DNA of 63,608 bases, filler included, from Catajapyx aquilonaris (Eukaryota): assembly GCA_000934665.2 (NCBI GenBank). It is 3 parts of 3 records of this genome, joined end to end, with 100 filler letters (N's around TTAATTAATTAA, not from the genome) between each part and the next. Parts side by side here need not be neighbours in the genome. Positions count along the whole stretch, not along the records: positions 1 to 21,145 come from JYFJ02006128.1; 2 more parts are not named here. The stretch is one strand, 5' to 3'. Below, piece after piece: positions 1 through 13,560 of this stretch; the first letter of the stretch is position 1, and every line of letters starts with the position of its first letter. Position numbers and translations under genes: made by a program. A model generated the notes under the pieces. The model was not told the origin of the DNA. It saw nothing but the letters and a program-made list of their open reading frames with translations, and searched no databases.

Positions 1-3000
1 CTGATCAATAGAAACTAACAAAACTCACCTCCACACTGCCCATATCTTCCACCGCGCATCCTCCGATCACAGGCACCTCTTCCTTCATACTTTAAAAAAA
101 AACTGGTCCCAAAAACTCGAAATATACAAAAAAAATGTGCACTCCCGAATTATATATATATATAAAATATATTCCCAAAAAATCCGGGTCAAAACTCAGC
201 ACCTCACTTGAGCCATGTATGTTAACCGCTCTCTGGCCATACAGACTGGTCTCCTACCGACGAGTACCGAGTGGTTTTTGGGGCTCCCCGGTTTTGAGTT
301 CCCAAGGATCAACCCCCTCCCGACCATTTACGATCTTTATCCGGGGAGAAAATCGTAGGGGGGGAGGGGGGGGGAGAGAGAAACCGACCAATAAGAGAAG
401 ACTTGGAAACACACACACCAAAAAAAAAAATCTAGAGAGATGGAGCCACTGTGTGATGGAGGTGGCTTGGGGTGTTTGGGGAGAAGTAAGGGTGGGCCTA
501 GTCTTTCTTTATACCTCTGTTGGATGGATGGTGTCCTGCTTGGTACACCATGCGCTCATGTTGCACAGGAATTTTTACGGGGGAAAAAAGCCTGAAGTAC
601 GCAGGATTTTTTTTGGGATTTTTGAGGGAGCGGGGAGGATGTGGCGCTAGGTTTGAAAATGGAAGCGTGGTCAAGATATTGTGCAAAAATTATATGGCAG
701 GAACACTTTGAAACAAAACAAAAAAATTGCGACCAATTATTCCATATGCACTAATTATAAAAGTAATAATATGTGACCTTCGTAAATCAAACAAGACAGT
801 TCGCACCACAACCAACTGAATAACAATTGAACTGGGCATAATGATGGCCATTACACACTTTATAAACGAACTAAAAACAAGGCTGAACGTCCACCTCTAT
901 TAAATGTGACGCCTGTAAATCAGCCATATTCAATATCCTTGAAAACAATGCCGATATGTCAACCTGTCCGAAATAATCCCAATAACTAGTGATCATCAGA
1001 AAAATACCCACTAATCACCCTTGTTTTTCTTCAGCTCAATAATGGCACGTTTTGAACCCCAACACTATTTTCTTCACCTGCCTTTGACTCTATATCGACA
1101 ATGACAATTCAAGGAGGCAGTAAATCCCTGCCCTGTCAGCAAGCTAATAATTTCATCGCACCATTGTCCGTTTTTTTATAGTTTGAAACCTGAAGGACAT
1201 TATGATATTCGGTATTTACATGCTCCTGACAGGTTGATGACGCAAATGTTCCTCGCTCATCACTGGCCAATCATGGAGGAAAATATTTACGAGTGCTGAG
1301 GGTGTACCTCCTGCTGCGATGCAAATTGATAAACTCTCCTGTACACCTTGTACCTCCCGTTTTGCTCAGAACAGGTAGGGTGCTCCCAAATATTGTTTTT
1401 TTAAAGGAAATTCAGGAAAATAAGATGTTTTGCACTATGAAGGTCAATAAATTTTTATAAAAATTTCTTATAAATAGTAGTGGACAGCTGGCTCTTCACC
1501 CTAAGGCGACTTAAAAACATTGGAGATATGCCGCAACCAGATGAATAAGAAATAAACCCGGTTTATGACACGCAATAAATAATGGTTGCTGGTAGCTGCA
1601 GATGAGTTATGGAAAAGCATAAAAAAGGGCCGGTTTCTTTTAACGATTGCGCGTAATAATAATCCTTTAAAAGTCTCCTTCTGGAAAAAAAAAATACACT
1701 TCGGATTCATTGCAACCGGGTACAAAAATTCACACACGGTTTTCTCAGTAAAAATCGTTGGGTCCGGTCGTTAGCACCGGGGCAATTACAACCTGGGCTT
1801 ATGGTGGGTGCCATTTCGAACGAAAAATGCATTTTTCAAGGCGCCATTTACTTGCAGTTTACCTGTGATAAGTCTCACGCGACTTCTAGAAACTCAACAA
1901 TTATTATTTTCTTTGTACAGTTGCGCAATGTATTTTTTTGGTGACTTTTAAAATATCTATTGTTCTTCAGCCAATCGGCGTCATATTTTTGTTTAAAAAA
2001 ATAATGGTGACTACATGACAATGTGCCATACATTAAGCCTGGGAATGTAATACTTCTTTCCAAAAATAAACACCGGAATGCAGTAGAAAATGCCTACCTG
2101 AAAAAAATGCATATTCAAAGCCGGACCCCATCAGGCAAAGAATTTACATAAAGACCCGTTAATTATGCTGCACTTGGCATTTATATTTTTCCACTCAACT
2201 AAAGTGTACAGAACACGCGATCAGCTGTAATCTGGACAAAAATCCTGCACTTTGTCACCAAAAAAAAAAAGAGATCCGAACCTCCGATTTTTGTGACTTG
2301 CTCCAATGGGGGGTGCGGATACCCATACATTTCCTTCTTCAGATCTTTCGTGTCCTTTCCAAAAAGACATTTGTAGAAACTACCAAAATGCGGATTTTCC
2401 AGGAAGGACACACACAAAAGGAATTTTTATCTGGAAATTCCCATCGGACGGGACCAGTCTATCCTACTTGACACGATGGTGGACACTGATATGGGGGACA
2501 AGAAATGGGATGTGGAGGGGTAAGGCTTCTGGGTATTTTTCAGGAGCCCCCCTAAACTTTTGCTTGTATCCAAAATGATGGGTATACCTCGTGCCATCAA
2601 TTGGATGGAGCATGTAAATCGTGAGCTGATGAAAATCTTGATACCTGGTTTACGGTTCTGTTAATTATGGGATTTTCCTCATGGCACGTGCTTTATTACA
2701 GCCAGATAGCCTCAGTGAATTTTGCTGGACACTTTTGTAAAAAAAATATATGCCGTTTTAAAAATAACGCTATTATAAAAGCCAACTAGTGCACTTATAA
2801 CGGTTATGCCCGGAGACGAATTTCCTCCTAAAAGTGGGTCCAGAATAAACCCACTTATAATAGGTCATCCTCTAAAAGCGTCCACAATTTTTTTTTCTTC
2901 CAAAAAAAAAAAGGTCGAGCATATTCATCAGAGGCGTCCAAGATTGCCCTGTCATTCTATATCAGCCTAATAAACAGTTGGTGGCAAACCTACCAATTTG

Positions 3001-6000
3001 GAGAAAAAAAATAGGAAAAACACGCAAGTCAACACTAAGGGATACCGTTTGGGGCGCCGAAATCCAAAGAGTTTTCTCACGATGGAAATTGTTGAGCAAT
3101 CCTCATCATTACTGTTGTAATGCAAGCTGGAGATTCCAAGGAGAGAAGGGGGGTTACTTCATTTCTGTAAATGCATGGCTTTTTATGGCCCACACGATAA
3201 ACGTAGGTAAAAAAAAGCTAACGGATGGTGTCATCTCAGGCTCAAATAATTTTCCGGGAGCACTGCTTATATATACAGGCCTCCATGCAATTAGAGTGTA
3301 ATTGGACCATAAATCTGCAAATATTTTAAAACGAGCGTATAGGCTAGAATTTTGTGGTAAGCCTGCGATTACGAATAGTTTCGGTTCAAAATTTCGCCCT
3401 ATGCACTATATGTAAAAATATATATATCCAGTTATAAGTTGCACCTGCAAGAAAAATCGCTTTGGGAGCAAACATTTTTTTTTAAGTTCCAAAAGGCGTT
3501 AAGCCAGTAACTAGCAATTACAGTTTGAAATTCAAGGGTAGCTGATGAGACCAGTCGAACAGGTTGATAGGTAAGGCTATCTATATTAATCAATGCACTT
3601 ATGACAGGCAGCCTGCGTTTTCGGTAAGCATCTTATTTTTATTTTTATTTACCCAAAAAAAATCTTTTAGAAGTTTACCTCTGCATCTGATTAAGTGTAA
3701 CTTGAAAAGCGGACCTGTTAGCACCCTTCTCATCAAAATATATTTCCATATTTTCTAAACGCATTTAATGCCGTTATAAATGCGTGAAATGAGATTTTTT
3801 TACAGTACTAGGAAATGGATTTTTAAAGAGGGCTTTTTTTTTATAAAAGGGGCATTGACATAAGTTTGCGTCTCTAATCGTTGTTACTCATCTGTTGAAA
3901 TATAATGGAGTGTGTCCCCCAACCGAATTTTTCCAGATGAGAAATTCATGGACATCTTTTTTAGACCCACAGGTCCATTTAAGGTAGTTACATCAGCTTA
4001 CCCAAAAAAGGACACAAGTTTTTCCGCCTTAAAAATCCGACTGTTTTTTTTTTCATTAATCGAATTGACTTATTAGACCAAGACAAGACGAGTGGGTACA
4101 GTCAGCTGGATAAGAGAAGGGACTCAATCAATTCGATATCTGATTTTCGAACCGTGGAATCAATTTTCATGGAAATTCCGTTATGGTGATTTATCGAGCC
4201 AGGTTAAAGTACAGGGTGTACCTAGTTGCAAAAAAATATTGTCCCGAAAATAAGCACAAAGTATAATCCATCGGTCAGTGACATGACCCAACAGCTACTT
4301 ACTGCACACTGGGTAATTTCAGCGTGTCTAACAAAACAATACACGTTTCTAGCGTTTTCAGTACACAAAAAAAATCTGAAGCTTGAGCTTGAACACTGTA
4401 ATTACGAAACACGCGGTTCTTAAAGAGACGACACCAGTGCGGAAACTAACGTCTGCTTATTACCCCCCCCCTTTTTTGCATATGAATCTCATTACCTGTA
4501 CACGACTTCTAACACCTTGAGACACGGGGCGGTAAGCAAAAGCTTGAAGGGCGGATGTGCACTGAATATTTACCCAATTGCTTTGGAACTACGTGAGATG
4601 GATGGGACATACAGTGTTTTTGCTTTATATACTATCCGGATGCTTGGCATTTCCTGAATTTACACTTGAAGGTTTGATTAAGAGGGTGTTACGTTGGTGT
4701 GGAAAGTGATTATAATCGCATGTAATTCTGATTTTTAAAATTAATTAAACGAACACGGTTTTTGTGATATTCCTAGTCTGATTTGAAGATAACGTCTCTC
4801 CGGCAGGAAATCTTACTGTTATAATTTTATATATTTTTAATACTGATTAACATGATTATCTATATAATATTAAAATCCTTCGTTGTATGACCGACACTTC
4901 TGATTGGCCCGAAGTATATTGTTTGCGCGACACTTCCGATTGGCCCCAGTTCTGCGTCTGCGCAAATAGGGGTAGGCAGCTCCTCTGGTGGATGAAACTA
5001 GTTTTTAGATTAAATTGATTACAGTCTGGTTCAAGTTACAAATGTCTAAATTGCGAAAAAACCATCGTAGGAGGTCCGCAAATTTCCGCCCTAAAAACTT
5101 GCTAATCTTGTCTGGAGTTCATTACGGTCCCGGAATCAAAAACCGCGTAATAAATATTCCCATTTTATGGTAAGCCCATCGCGTCGTACTTCACTCGAAT
5201 AACACTAAACCGTGAGAAATCGCAGCATAACTCTTCAGAATTGAGTCCTGGAATCAGGAAACACTTTTTTTTCAAGTGATCCTTCTCTTATCAATTAAGC
5301 CAAAGAAACGTGATATGCTGGGTAGAGAAGACTTACCCCCCAAAAAAATATTTCACCTACAACAACCATGGAATTTGGTGAGACAGGTGATTGTCTCTGA
5401 CGATTCCTCAAAAACCTTTTTTTTGGGGAGGACCCTACCCATCTTTTGTCTTGAAGAAGAATTTTACCCGTTAACTTTTGGGGGTTCGAAAAAACCGGTG
5501 AAGGCCTGGAAATGGATGATCCATGCGCTCGTTTATCCAGCCAATTTGACCAATTTATACTTTTTTTCACCTCAATCCCGGAGATGCAGAGGACACTTTT
5601 TCTACATATCTTTAGATAGGTTTAACGACAAAAAAATATAGGGTTTGTCATGCGGGTAATCACGCGTTTGGAACATCTGTTTTTTTTAAAAATAAAAAAA
5701 CAAGCTCATGCTCAAAATGAAATGTTTCCTGGATCGTATAACTTGCAGGACTAATGGAAGCTGTTTTTCTCAGCTTTTTCCATGATTTTTTGGCACGATA
5801 AGACGTAAGAGGATTAGACGCGTTATAAATCCTCGGTCCTCCTTTTAAGAGTTTACGCTCTTTTGGTCCTATTTATATTCAAGATAGGATTTTTTTTTTC
5901 TTAAAAAAAGCAGAGTCCACTCGGAAGGAAGGAAGGCATCAAAAGGGCGGATAAGTTAGAAGAGAAAAAAAGAAGTCTTAAGTGTGGAATCCGGTTTTTG

Positions 6001-8185
6001 TAACCATTTTGTAACACGAATTTATCTGAGTGGATCAGCTGGATGATCTCTCCACGTGCGCTCGAAAAATCCTTTGAAAGTTTTTTTTTTAAATAAAAAA
6101 AAGTGCGTATGTGTCTTGGTTTTATATGTGGTTCTGTGGAAGAATATGAGCCGGCAGGGGAGAAGTTACGGCAAATCATGGGTTATAAAATTAATTTCAT
6201 GCGAAAACAAAGTGTGGTCCCTTTATACCAGTACGTATATAATTTCAAACTAGTTCCATCAAACAATTAGTATGTAATTTTTGGTTTGGTGGGAAGGGAA
6301 ACTATGCCACACAAGGTTGGCATTTTTGTGGGCGGGATTTTTTTTTTTGTAGTAAAGAAGAAAAATTTCTGATCTAACAACTGAATAACTGTACATGTGA
6401 ATTTCTCGTTTTGTTGATTGGTCTGGTTGAGAAAAATATAAAGTAATTGTTAAGTATCATCAAGGCTTCTACAAACACAAATGTCTAAATTTTTAATCAC
6501 ATGAATCAAGTTACTTCCGCAAGCATTATTCAGGAAATACAAGAAATATGCAAATGTGTAAAAAAATATTGTAGCACATGCATATATTGTGTGGAAATAT
6601 TTACTTTCTTGCAATATATTTATTAAGTTGATTAATTTTTGTGTCCCAAAATATATGCCGCTATTGAATCATTTTATGCGTACTCATAATAAGTTGTTCT
6701 GTTGATGTAATGATATTAATATGATATAATTTTTATTGCTTGTTTCAACTAATACGCACCGGCCAGATTATTAGTTACAGTATAGACTGCTATATAACTT
6801 CTATTGTCATAAAAAAGTGATTTATGACGATCCACTATGAATTAAATAATCTGAGTAATATTGCCTCCTACACTTTTCTTGGGACCCACCACAGAGTTCC
6901 TGTCAGACATTAAAATTTTGAACAAAATCATCAACCCAAAAAAATGACAGCAAAAATGTGAGGTCACAGTTTAGTGCGATTTTCGGGCAGGTCCGGGGGC
7001 AAAGCGGTCACTTCCCTATAGCACTTGAACTCCACCTGCTTTATTGTGTCTGGCCCAAGCAGCATACCACCAAACCTCAGAAGGAAGAAGAAAAAAATAT
7101 CTGAAAACCTCCCGCATTCAGATTTTATTATGCCGTAAACCATAATATTTGACTGGCCAAGACCTATTTCATTTTCACGGAAGTATGAAGAGAGAGAAAT
7201 AAAACAACAATTCCTATAGTTTCGTCGTAAATTCAATGCACATTTTTTTGACATGACTGCCCATCCTGCCAAAAAAGTGCGCATCTTCATTACTCTTTTG
7301 GCATTTTGATTGACGAGAAAAGGCGGAGACCAGAAGTCTTATGTGAAGGAATTCAGTTCGTCACAACACATCTTCTCGTCTTGAAATGTTGAAAGCATCC
7401 AATCAGCAAGAGTAACGAACCTAGGAAATACAGTAACTCATGTTATCTTGAATCAAAAACCCAATGTAACGGAATCTGCCAGCACTTTTTTTTATATATA
7501 TTATAACTATTAATCAGTAAGTTACAGTATCGGGTCCAACAACATCTCAAAAGTGTGTACTAACTTATTGGGGGTCCAATCTGTAAGCCCATTTATGACC
7601 AGGTGTCATAAAAATGCTTCGATTTATCGATCAGTGTAATATTATGACGACTCATGTAATTGCACCATGTTGCGTGTGCTACAGGGCTTGTCGTAATGTC
7701 GTAAATCAGACCTGGCCTCAATTTGGGCAGGATCTGTTTACAGGTAACAAAAATAAAGGAAATTGCACGTTATGCGAGTTACTCAAAAAAAGGTCATGAA
7801 CACATCCTATTTATTGTAAACAATAATTATTTTTTGAACCGTTTTTCCGGGTAGCTTCTATATATTGAGGTAAATGTAACGGTCTTCATTGTTGTTATAT
7901 GGGGAAGAATAATACCAGCATGAGTTGCCTTTGCCTTCTAAACCAAAATAACCAGCAGGCGGCATCTCCAAGCTCATTTCACACTTTGTTTGCGGCCAGC
8001 AACGGTTCACAAAAGGTTTTTCACAGACAATGCAAAAGGAGGGGGGTAACGAGCCGAAAGGATCTTTGTGTACTCACGGACCACCCGGTACAAAAGAGAT
8101 TATCCTCATAATCAGCAGAAGAAGTACAACCCCTTGCTGGCTTCCTAATTGCAATTAACGTGATTATTATTCCGGGGCCCCCATA

Positions 8186-8442
8186 TTGGACATTAATCGC
8201 GTCATACTACTAGCGACAGTATCCGATGCGGCAGACGTGCAAATCGAAGTGAGCCGTGCGAATCAGAAGAAGTAGGCCTCGGGTGACGTCACTGGCTGGG
8301 GGGGCTATGGATAAAAAGGCTTGTCCCCCATCCGGTGACGTCACTCAAGGCCTACCTTTTCTGATTCGCACGGCTCGCATTCGATTTGCACGTCTGCCGC
8401 ATCGAAAACTGTCGCTAGCAGTACGACTCCATTAATGTCCAA
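8186..8442. mobile_element. Palindromic MITE-like element
   Basis: Imperfect ~115-bp inverted arms (ttggacattaat...attaatgtccaa); TGACGTCA in each arm. Confidence 0.75.
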
Positions 8443-9243
8443 GCTTCACATACTGATTCGGACAAACAGAGGCACAGTGTTTTATGGCAGGAGGGGGCAT
8501 TCCTTGAGTGAAACTTTGACCAGAAGATCTTCTGATAAACCACCAGCAGGTATGGTTGAGGAAGAAGGCAGCAGCCGTTGGTATCCTCCATATCGAGGTG
8601 GGTCATCTCCCCCTCTTGGTTCGACCTCTTTGTTTTTCATTATCTGGTCTTAACCATCTTGCTCCAGGTTTTTGGGTGGTAGGGAGGACTAGTCTTGATC
8701 CAGATAAGATGAGGTGCCCCCAAGAGGTTGCTGAATGATGAGAAGGGGGGGCTTGCTTTCCATGGGGATGTTAACCGCGAAAGCCTCAAGAGACAAGGTG
8801 GGGGTTTTGCAGTTGGTAAGGGAAGTGTCGTACTCAAGTGTTCCATTTGTAGGCCTTTTCCTAGGGGGGAAGGAGGGACATTGGGTGGACAACAAAAGTA
8901 ACACTTCTTATCTGGAATCGGGCTTGTAATCCCGTCTGACAGATGTTTTCTAAAAGTGGACAATACGAAAAATTTTCTCGTTTGCAGTTACACGTCTTTT
9001 GGTCCCTTCTTGTTTACGTCAACTGTAAATATATACAAAAAGTGGGTATTTTGACAGCAATTTGTTCCGCGTCATCTGCTTCACCATCTTGAGGTTTCCT
9101 GATGGCTCCTGTTAGAGTCACGCAATGGAGAATGGGGCGCCATACAAAACCTGCTGACCAGGAGCCTAACTATACAGCCTGAGATATTTTGGAGCTGTAA
9201 GATTTGTTTTAAAATTAGGATTCGTCTTGTTACATCGCACTCA

Positions 9244-9641
9244 ATCTATATACTTATAAACGTGAAAGTTTGTACAGTACATATCTATGTATGTTTGTTC
9301 GAGCTATTCGAGCTCTGGTGGTTCAAAAAATATTTTTCCACTTCAAATTATACAGCAACAAAATTAACGAGTATCTAGCTTGTAAATAACCTCGTACAAC
9401 CCCAGGCCACTACTGCTGATGATAATAACCAGTAACCACAGGTACTGAATGACTAAGCGCACAGAAACGGACGTAAATGTGTTCACGCTTCAGGTAAAAC
9501 ACAGCAAACCCGCTTATTTCTATTAATCTCCATGAGGAAACTAATAATTTTTTTACCTACACAGAATTCCTGCTTAGGAAAAAAAAGTCTAAATGTAAAA
9601 ATTTTGACTCCCGAAGCAACACGAGCCTACTAATTAGCTGT
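9244..9641 (+). mobile_element. Possible degraded non-autonomous Helitron
   Basis: 5' ATCTATATACTTATAAACGTGAAAGTTTGT...ATGTTTGTT resembles arthropod short-Helitron heads; degenerate 3' CCGAAGCAAC...AGCTG end. Confidence 0.3.
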
Positions 9642-10370
9642 CTTGTAAAGCTGTGGGCCCGAGCGATGACAGAACCGGTCCTCGGCAACGAAGTAATGTA
9701 TTCATTTGAAGTCGTCACTCTCCCGGGGTACCAGGGCCTTTAAATTCATTGGCCTTATAGACCGGGGCTCCTCTCCTGTTTTCCTAATGCACGCGGCATG
9801 TCTCTTTATCCACCTGGGCCACACCTAGCCTAGATATTTTCCCTAGACTATCACATGTGGAGGCTTTTAGTTTAGGTGCTATTTAGAAGATGATGGCCCC
9901 ACCGACTTTTTTTTTGAGGAGGGGGGGGGGGGGNGGGGCATTCCTGCAAAAATGGGGAAGTGAATATTGTGTGGACACCGTACCTGTCATGAATTACTTT
10001 CATGGCATCTGCATTTAGGGGGGGTTGAAAAAAAATATCACACCAGCCTGACATTTCCTAGGTCGGACGAATTAATCGTGGGAAAATATCGCGGACACTT
10101 AAAGATGACAATTTTATTTGGTAAACTGTCACGACGAGACATTCTAGTTCTGCAAGAATCCGATGGAGGCAACACGGTCAACTGTGCGGTGTGGTTCCAT
10201 CTATCGGAAGAGGCTCTCTGTACTGTACAAATACTGTATGTCATTCGTATTGACGATTTATATTTAATTTCAGGTGTAACTACGCAACAACCTATATTGT
10301 CACTTTGAGCGATTGCAAATCTCAATAGTGCTGCATAGTTTTCGCACCATTTTCTTTGTGATTAGTCGTA

Positions 10371-12613
10371 ATGGCGGTCAAAACGAAGGAAGATGATTGT
10401 TGCAGTTGTTGCAGTTGTTGCGGGTTTTGCAGTTGTTGTTGCAGGAAAGGTACCATTTAACCATTCTTTGTATGTCATCTTGTTACAAAAATCGATGTGT
10501 TTCATATTCTTCAGGACCTCCTTACCCTTGGCGCATGGTGTTTCTTTTCCTAACTGCGTGCGGATTCGCCATCACGTCCGCCCTGAATGTGAACATGCAT
10601 TCGATACTTCTGTCGATGATAGATCGTAAGACCCTTTGGCAAAACATGCCCGACAACGACGGAGCAAAAACGACGACTCCAGATAGCAGAGGCTTTCCAC
10701 CATTAGACTTCGTAGGAATTCGCCATTGCGATTATAACAACTTCCAAAATTACGAAAACAAAGTTCCACCCGACTTTGTAAACAGTACTTGTTGCGTGAA
10801 AGGTCAGAGCGGCGAACCAGAACGGTTGGTAAGTGTCATCAAGTTCATTTAAGATATGACATTTGACCCCCGCCTCTTTATCCTCAGAGAACCGGTTGTT
10901 ATGCATGGAACGAGTGGATTCATGGCAGTATAATCAGCTCGTACTACTGGGGATACGTTATGTCCGCACTTCCTGCGATGTACCTGTCCGAAGTGTTGTC
11001 GGCCAAGTACGTCTTCGGCGTCGGCGTCTGCTCCAACGCCATACTGTGCATCCTGACACCTTCGGCCGCCAAGTCTCACTACGGCTCTTTGGTGGTATGC
11101 CGGTTCCTCCAAGGCCTCTGCGCCGGTGTCGCCTTCCCGACCATCGGAGTCATGTTCGGAAGGTGGTCCGCTCCTTTCGAAGGACTAGACATGTACAGCA
11201 CCGTGTACGTCGGAGGACTTGCAGGAATCATGGGGTCGCTACCCTTCTGCGGAACATTCTCCTACGCCTTCGGATGGTCCATGGTCTTCTACGGCATGGG
11301 CGCAATCTCCCTAATCTGGTGCATCTTCTGGTTCTGCCTGGTGTCAGACCATCCGACCCACCACAAGTACATATCGTACGTCGAGAGGGAGTGCATCATC
11401 GAAGCCATCGAGGAAGCAGACCTCGTGAGTTACAGAAATTATTCATAAAAAGTTATAAAATGACACATACGGGTACGTCTTCGCTTCTGAACAATAAGCA
11501 GATGGAATAAGGTTAAGTTAATGATACGACATTAGTAGTCAAAATATTTTAATCAACATCAAAAATTAATCATCATAATAATCGTTATTATTATTGATTA
11601 TTACTTTTTAATTTTATTTATTGCGTATGTTTCAGGAGATCATACCGGTTCCTTGGTACAGGGTGTCCAGGTGCGTTCCGTATTACGTGTGCTGCATCAC
11701 CCTGTTCTGCTGCAACGCTGGTCTGCTCCTGATGGTGACGGAGCTGCCCACGTACCTGGTGACCATCCAGCTGGTGGGGATACGAGACCAGTCCTTCGCC
11801 TCGGCCTTCCCCTTCCTGGCCATGTGGGCCTTCAGCATGGTGCTGACCCCTCTGGCCGAGTGCGTGGTCCGGAGGAGGTGGCTGTCCACTGGGGTCATCC
11901 AGAGGGTGTCCACCGTGCTGGCCTGCGTGCTCCCAGCCTGCTGTTGGATCGGGGTGGCGCAGGCCAGGTGCAACTTCGCGGTGGTCATGACCCTCCTGGT
12001 GGTCGGCACTGGGGCAATGGGGGGGATGGTCACAGGGCACTGGGTCAACCCCATCAGGCTGGCTCCGGACTATGCAGGTTCGTGTGCTGCGCGAATGTGG
12101 GTGCGCACTCTGTAAATAAATTCATTACATTGCACAGGTCCTCTGATGACTGTGGCCAACACTGTTGGTGCGCTACCTGGCATCATCGTACCGTTGATCG
12201 TGGGCGGTCGGACGTACCGAAATGTAAGTGATTGTTGAGTGTGTGGTATACACTAACCGGCTGCAACAGCGGTTGACACATCCGGTTAAACCGGATGTGT
12301 CAACCGCTGTTGCAGCACACTCTGAATGCGTGGAACCCTGTTTTCTACGGAGTTGCAACGGTGCAGCTACTGGGTGCCGTTGTGTACGTCGCGTTCAGCA
12401 GGTCGGAGGTGCAGCCATGGAGTCGGATATACGAATTGCTCTACAATTCGGACGAGTAATAAGCTTGTGATTGAAAAAAGGGTTTTGATTTGTGTCAACT
12501 TGACTGTGCTTTGTTGCAGCAGCGACGACGAGCATGAAGATTGCGATGATACTCAGAAGGTTGTTAAGAAGTCTGGTGATGACGAACTGGTGCTTAGATG
12601 TACCTCGTCGTGA
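10371..12613 (+). CDS. SLC17/ACS-family MFS transporter, copy 1 (divergent, Cys-rich), ~563 aa
   Basis: Phase-consistent GT-AG exons 10371-10449, 10515-10828, 10888-11424, 11636-12077, 12138-12223, 12316-12455, 12520-12613. SLC17 motifs SSYYWGYV, RFLQGLCAGVAFP, GWSMVFY, SDHPTHHKYIS, VPW, ELPTYL, NPIRLAPDYAG. Intron positions match copies 2 and 3. The last exon is less certain: retaining the intron gives TAA at 12457-12459. Confidence 0.9.
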
Positions 12614-12690
12614 ATTTTATGTCCGGATGGATTTAAATACAGTGTCCATTTCTTTCCAGCTCTCCACACTATAGTTATTCTCATTCAAAG

Positions 12691-12745
12691 TCAGTGCAGT
12701 GTGATTGACCATGGCTATCATGGTCACATCCATATGCACATACAT
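12691..12745 (-). pseudogene. Inverted fragment of SLC17 exon 2
   Basis: Reverse complement of 12691-12728 matches 13736-13773 at 37/38 nt; the minus strand reads MYVHMDVTMIAMVNHTAL vs LNVNVSVTMIAMVNHTAL in copy 2. Confidence 0.85.
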
Positions 12746-13560
12746 GTTCCATTCGTGTCTATGTATTCAAATCGTCCTTGAATTTTTGTAGGCCTATTAC
12801 GCAATTAAAAAAAAAACGTGCCTGAATTCGGCAGCATCAAATAATACAGTTAGTCGCTACCAACAACCAAAGGTTGTTGGTGGTTTGTTGATGTTTTGAA
12901 TAATGAGATATGTTCAGTTTGTTATCGTTGTTCGAAGAGAATAGACGGTTTTTCTAGCTGTCGCAACTATAGTATCCTGGTTGTACGATGACCAGGCTTA
13001 CAAGTGTGCTAGTCTGGCTGCCTATCTGACAGGATATCTGCTCTACTGTACAAGAACAATATTATTATGGAGACAACTAATGACAGCTACAGCTACATAC
13101 ATTATTGAATATTCTATGTAGGGGGGTTTGATGCGGAAAAATATTTCACAGGGACTGGCACAAGTCAAATGGCAGAAAAAGTGTGTCTTCTATTTTTAGA
13201 TCGATTCTACTCCAAAAATAAAACGGAGGTCAACTTATAGAGAAGGTCTGAGTCTAGTTTACCACAACTATTTCCACTACGACTATTGTGCGCGATGTAA
13301 GGATGTTTTTGCACTTTTGCTGCCAAGATGCACCTTGCATAACTTGTCACAAGTCAAGTGTGTGTTTGCATAATCCTTTTCAGACTTCAGCCGATATCAG
13401 CATTCGTCTGCCATTTAATCGAGTGTGCTCAGTGCGACTTGAAAGCACAGCCGTGACTTTCTAGCAAAGTGACATTGTCTCAGGTACCATTTTTTTAACA
13501 TGTTGTAATATAATATGCTAAAATTATACGTAAAATAATGTTACCTTCTTTTTAAGAAAC

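Noticed and set aside
3535..3595. Hammerhead-like CTGATGA-GAC-CA-GTC-GAAC
   Set aside because: Has GAAC instead of GAAA, and stems I and III do not close properly; region is also low quality.
4892..4946. Duplicated CGACACTTCyGATTGGCCC (two inverted CCAAT boxes 36 bp apart)
   Set aside because: No downstream gene can be supported; may be TE-internal.
10863..12231. Long overlapping alternative-frame and antisense ORFs in SLC17 copy 1
   Set aside because: Expected shadows of GC3-rich coding exons.
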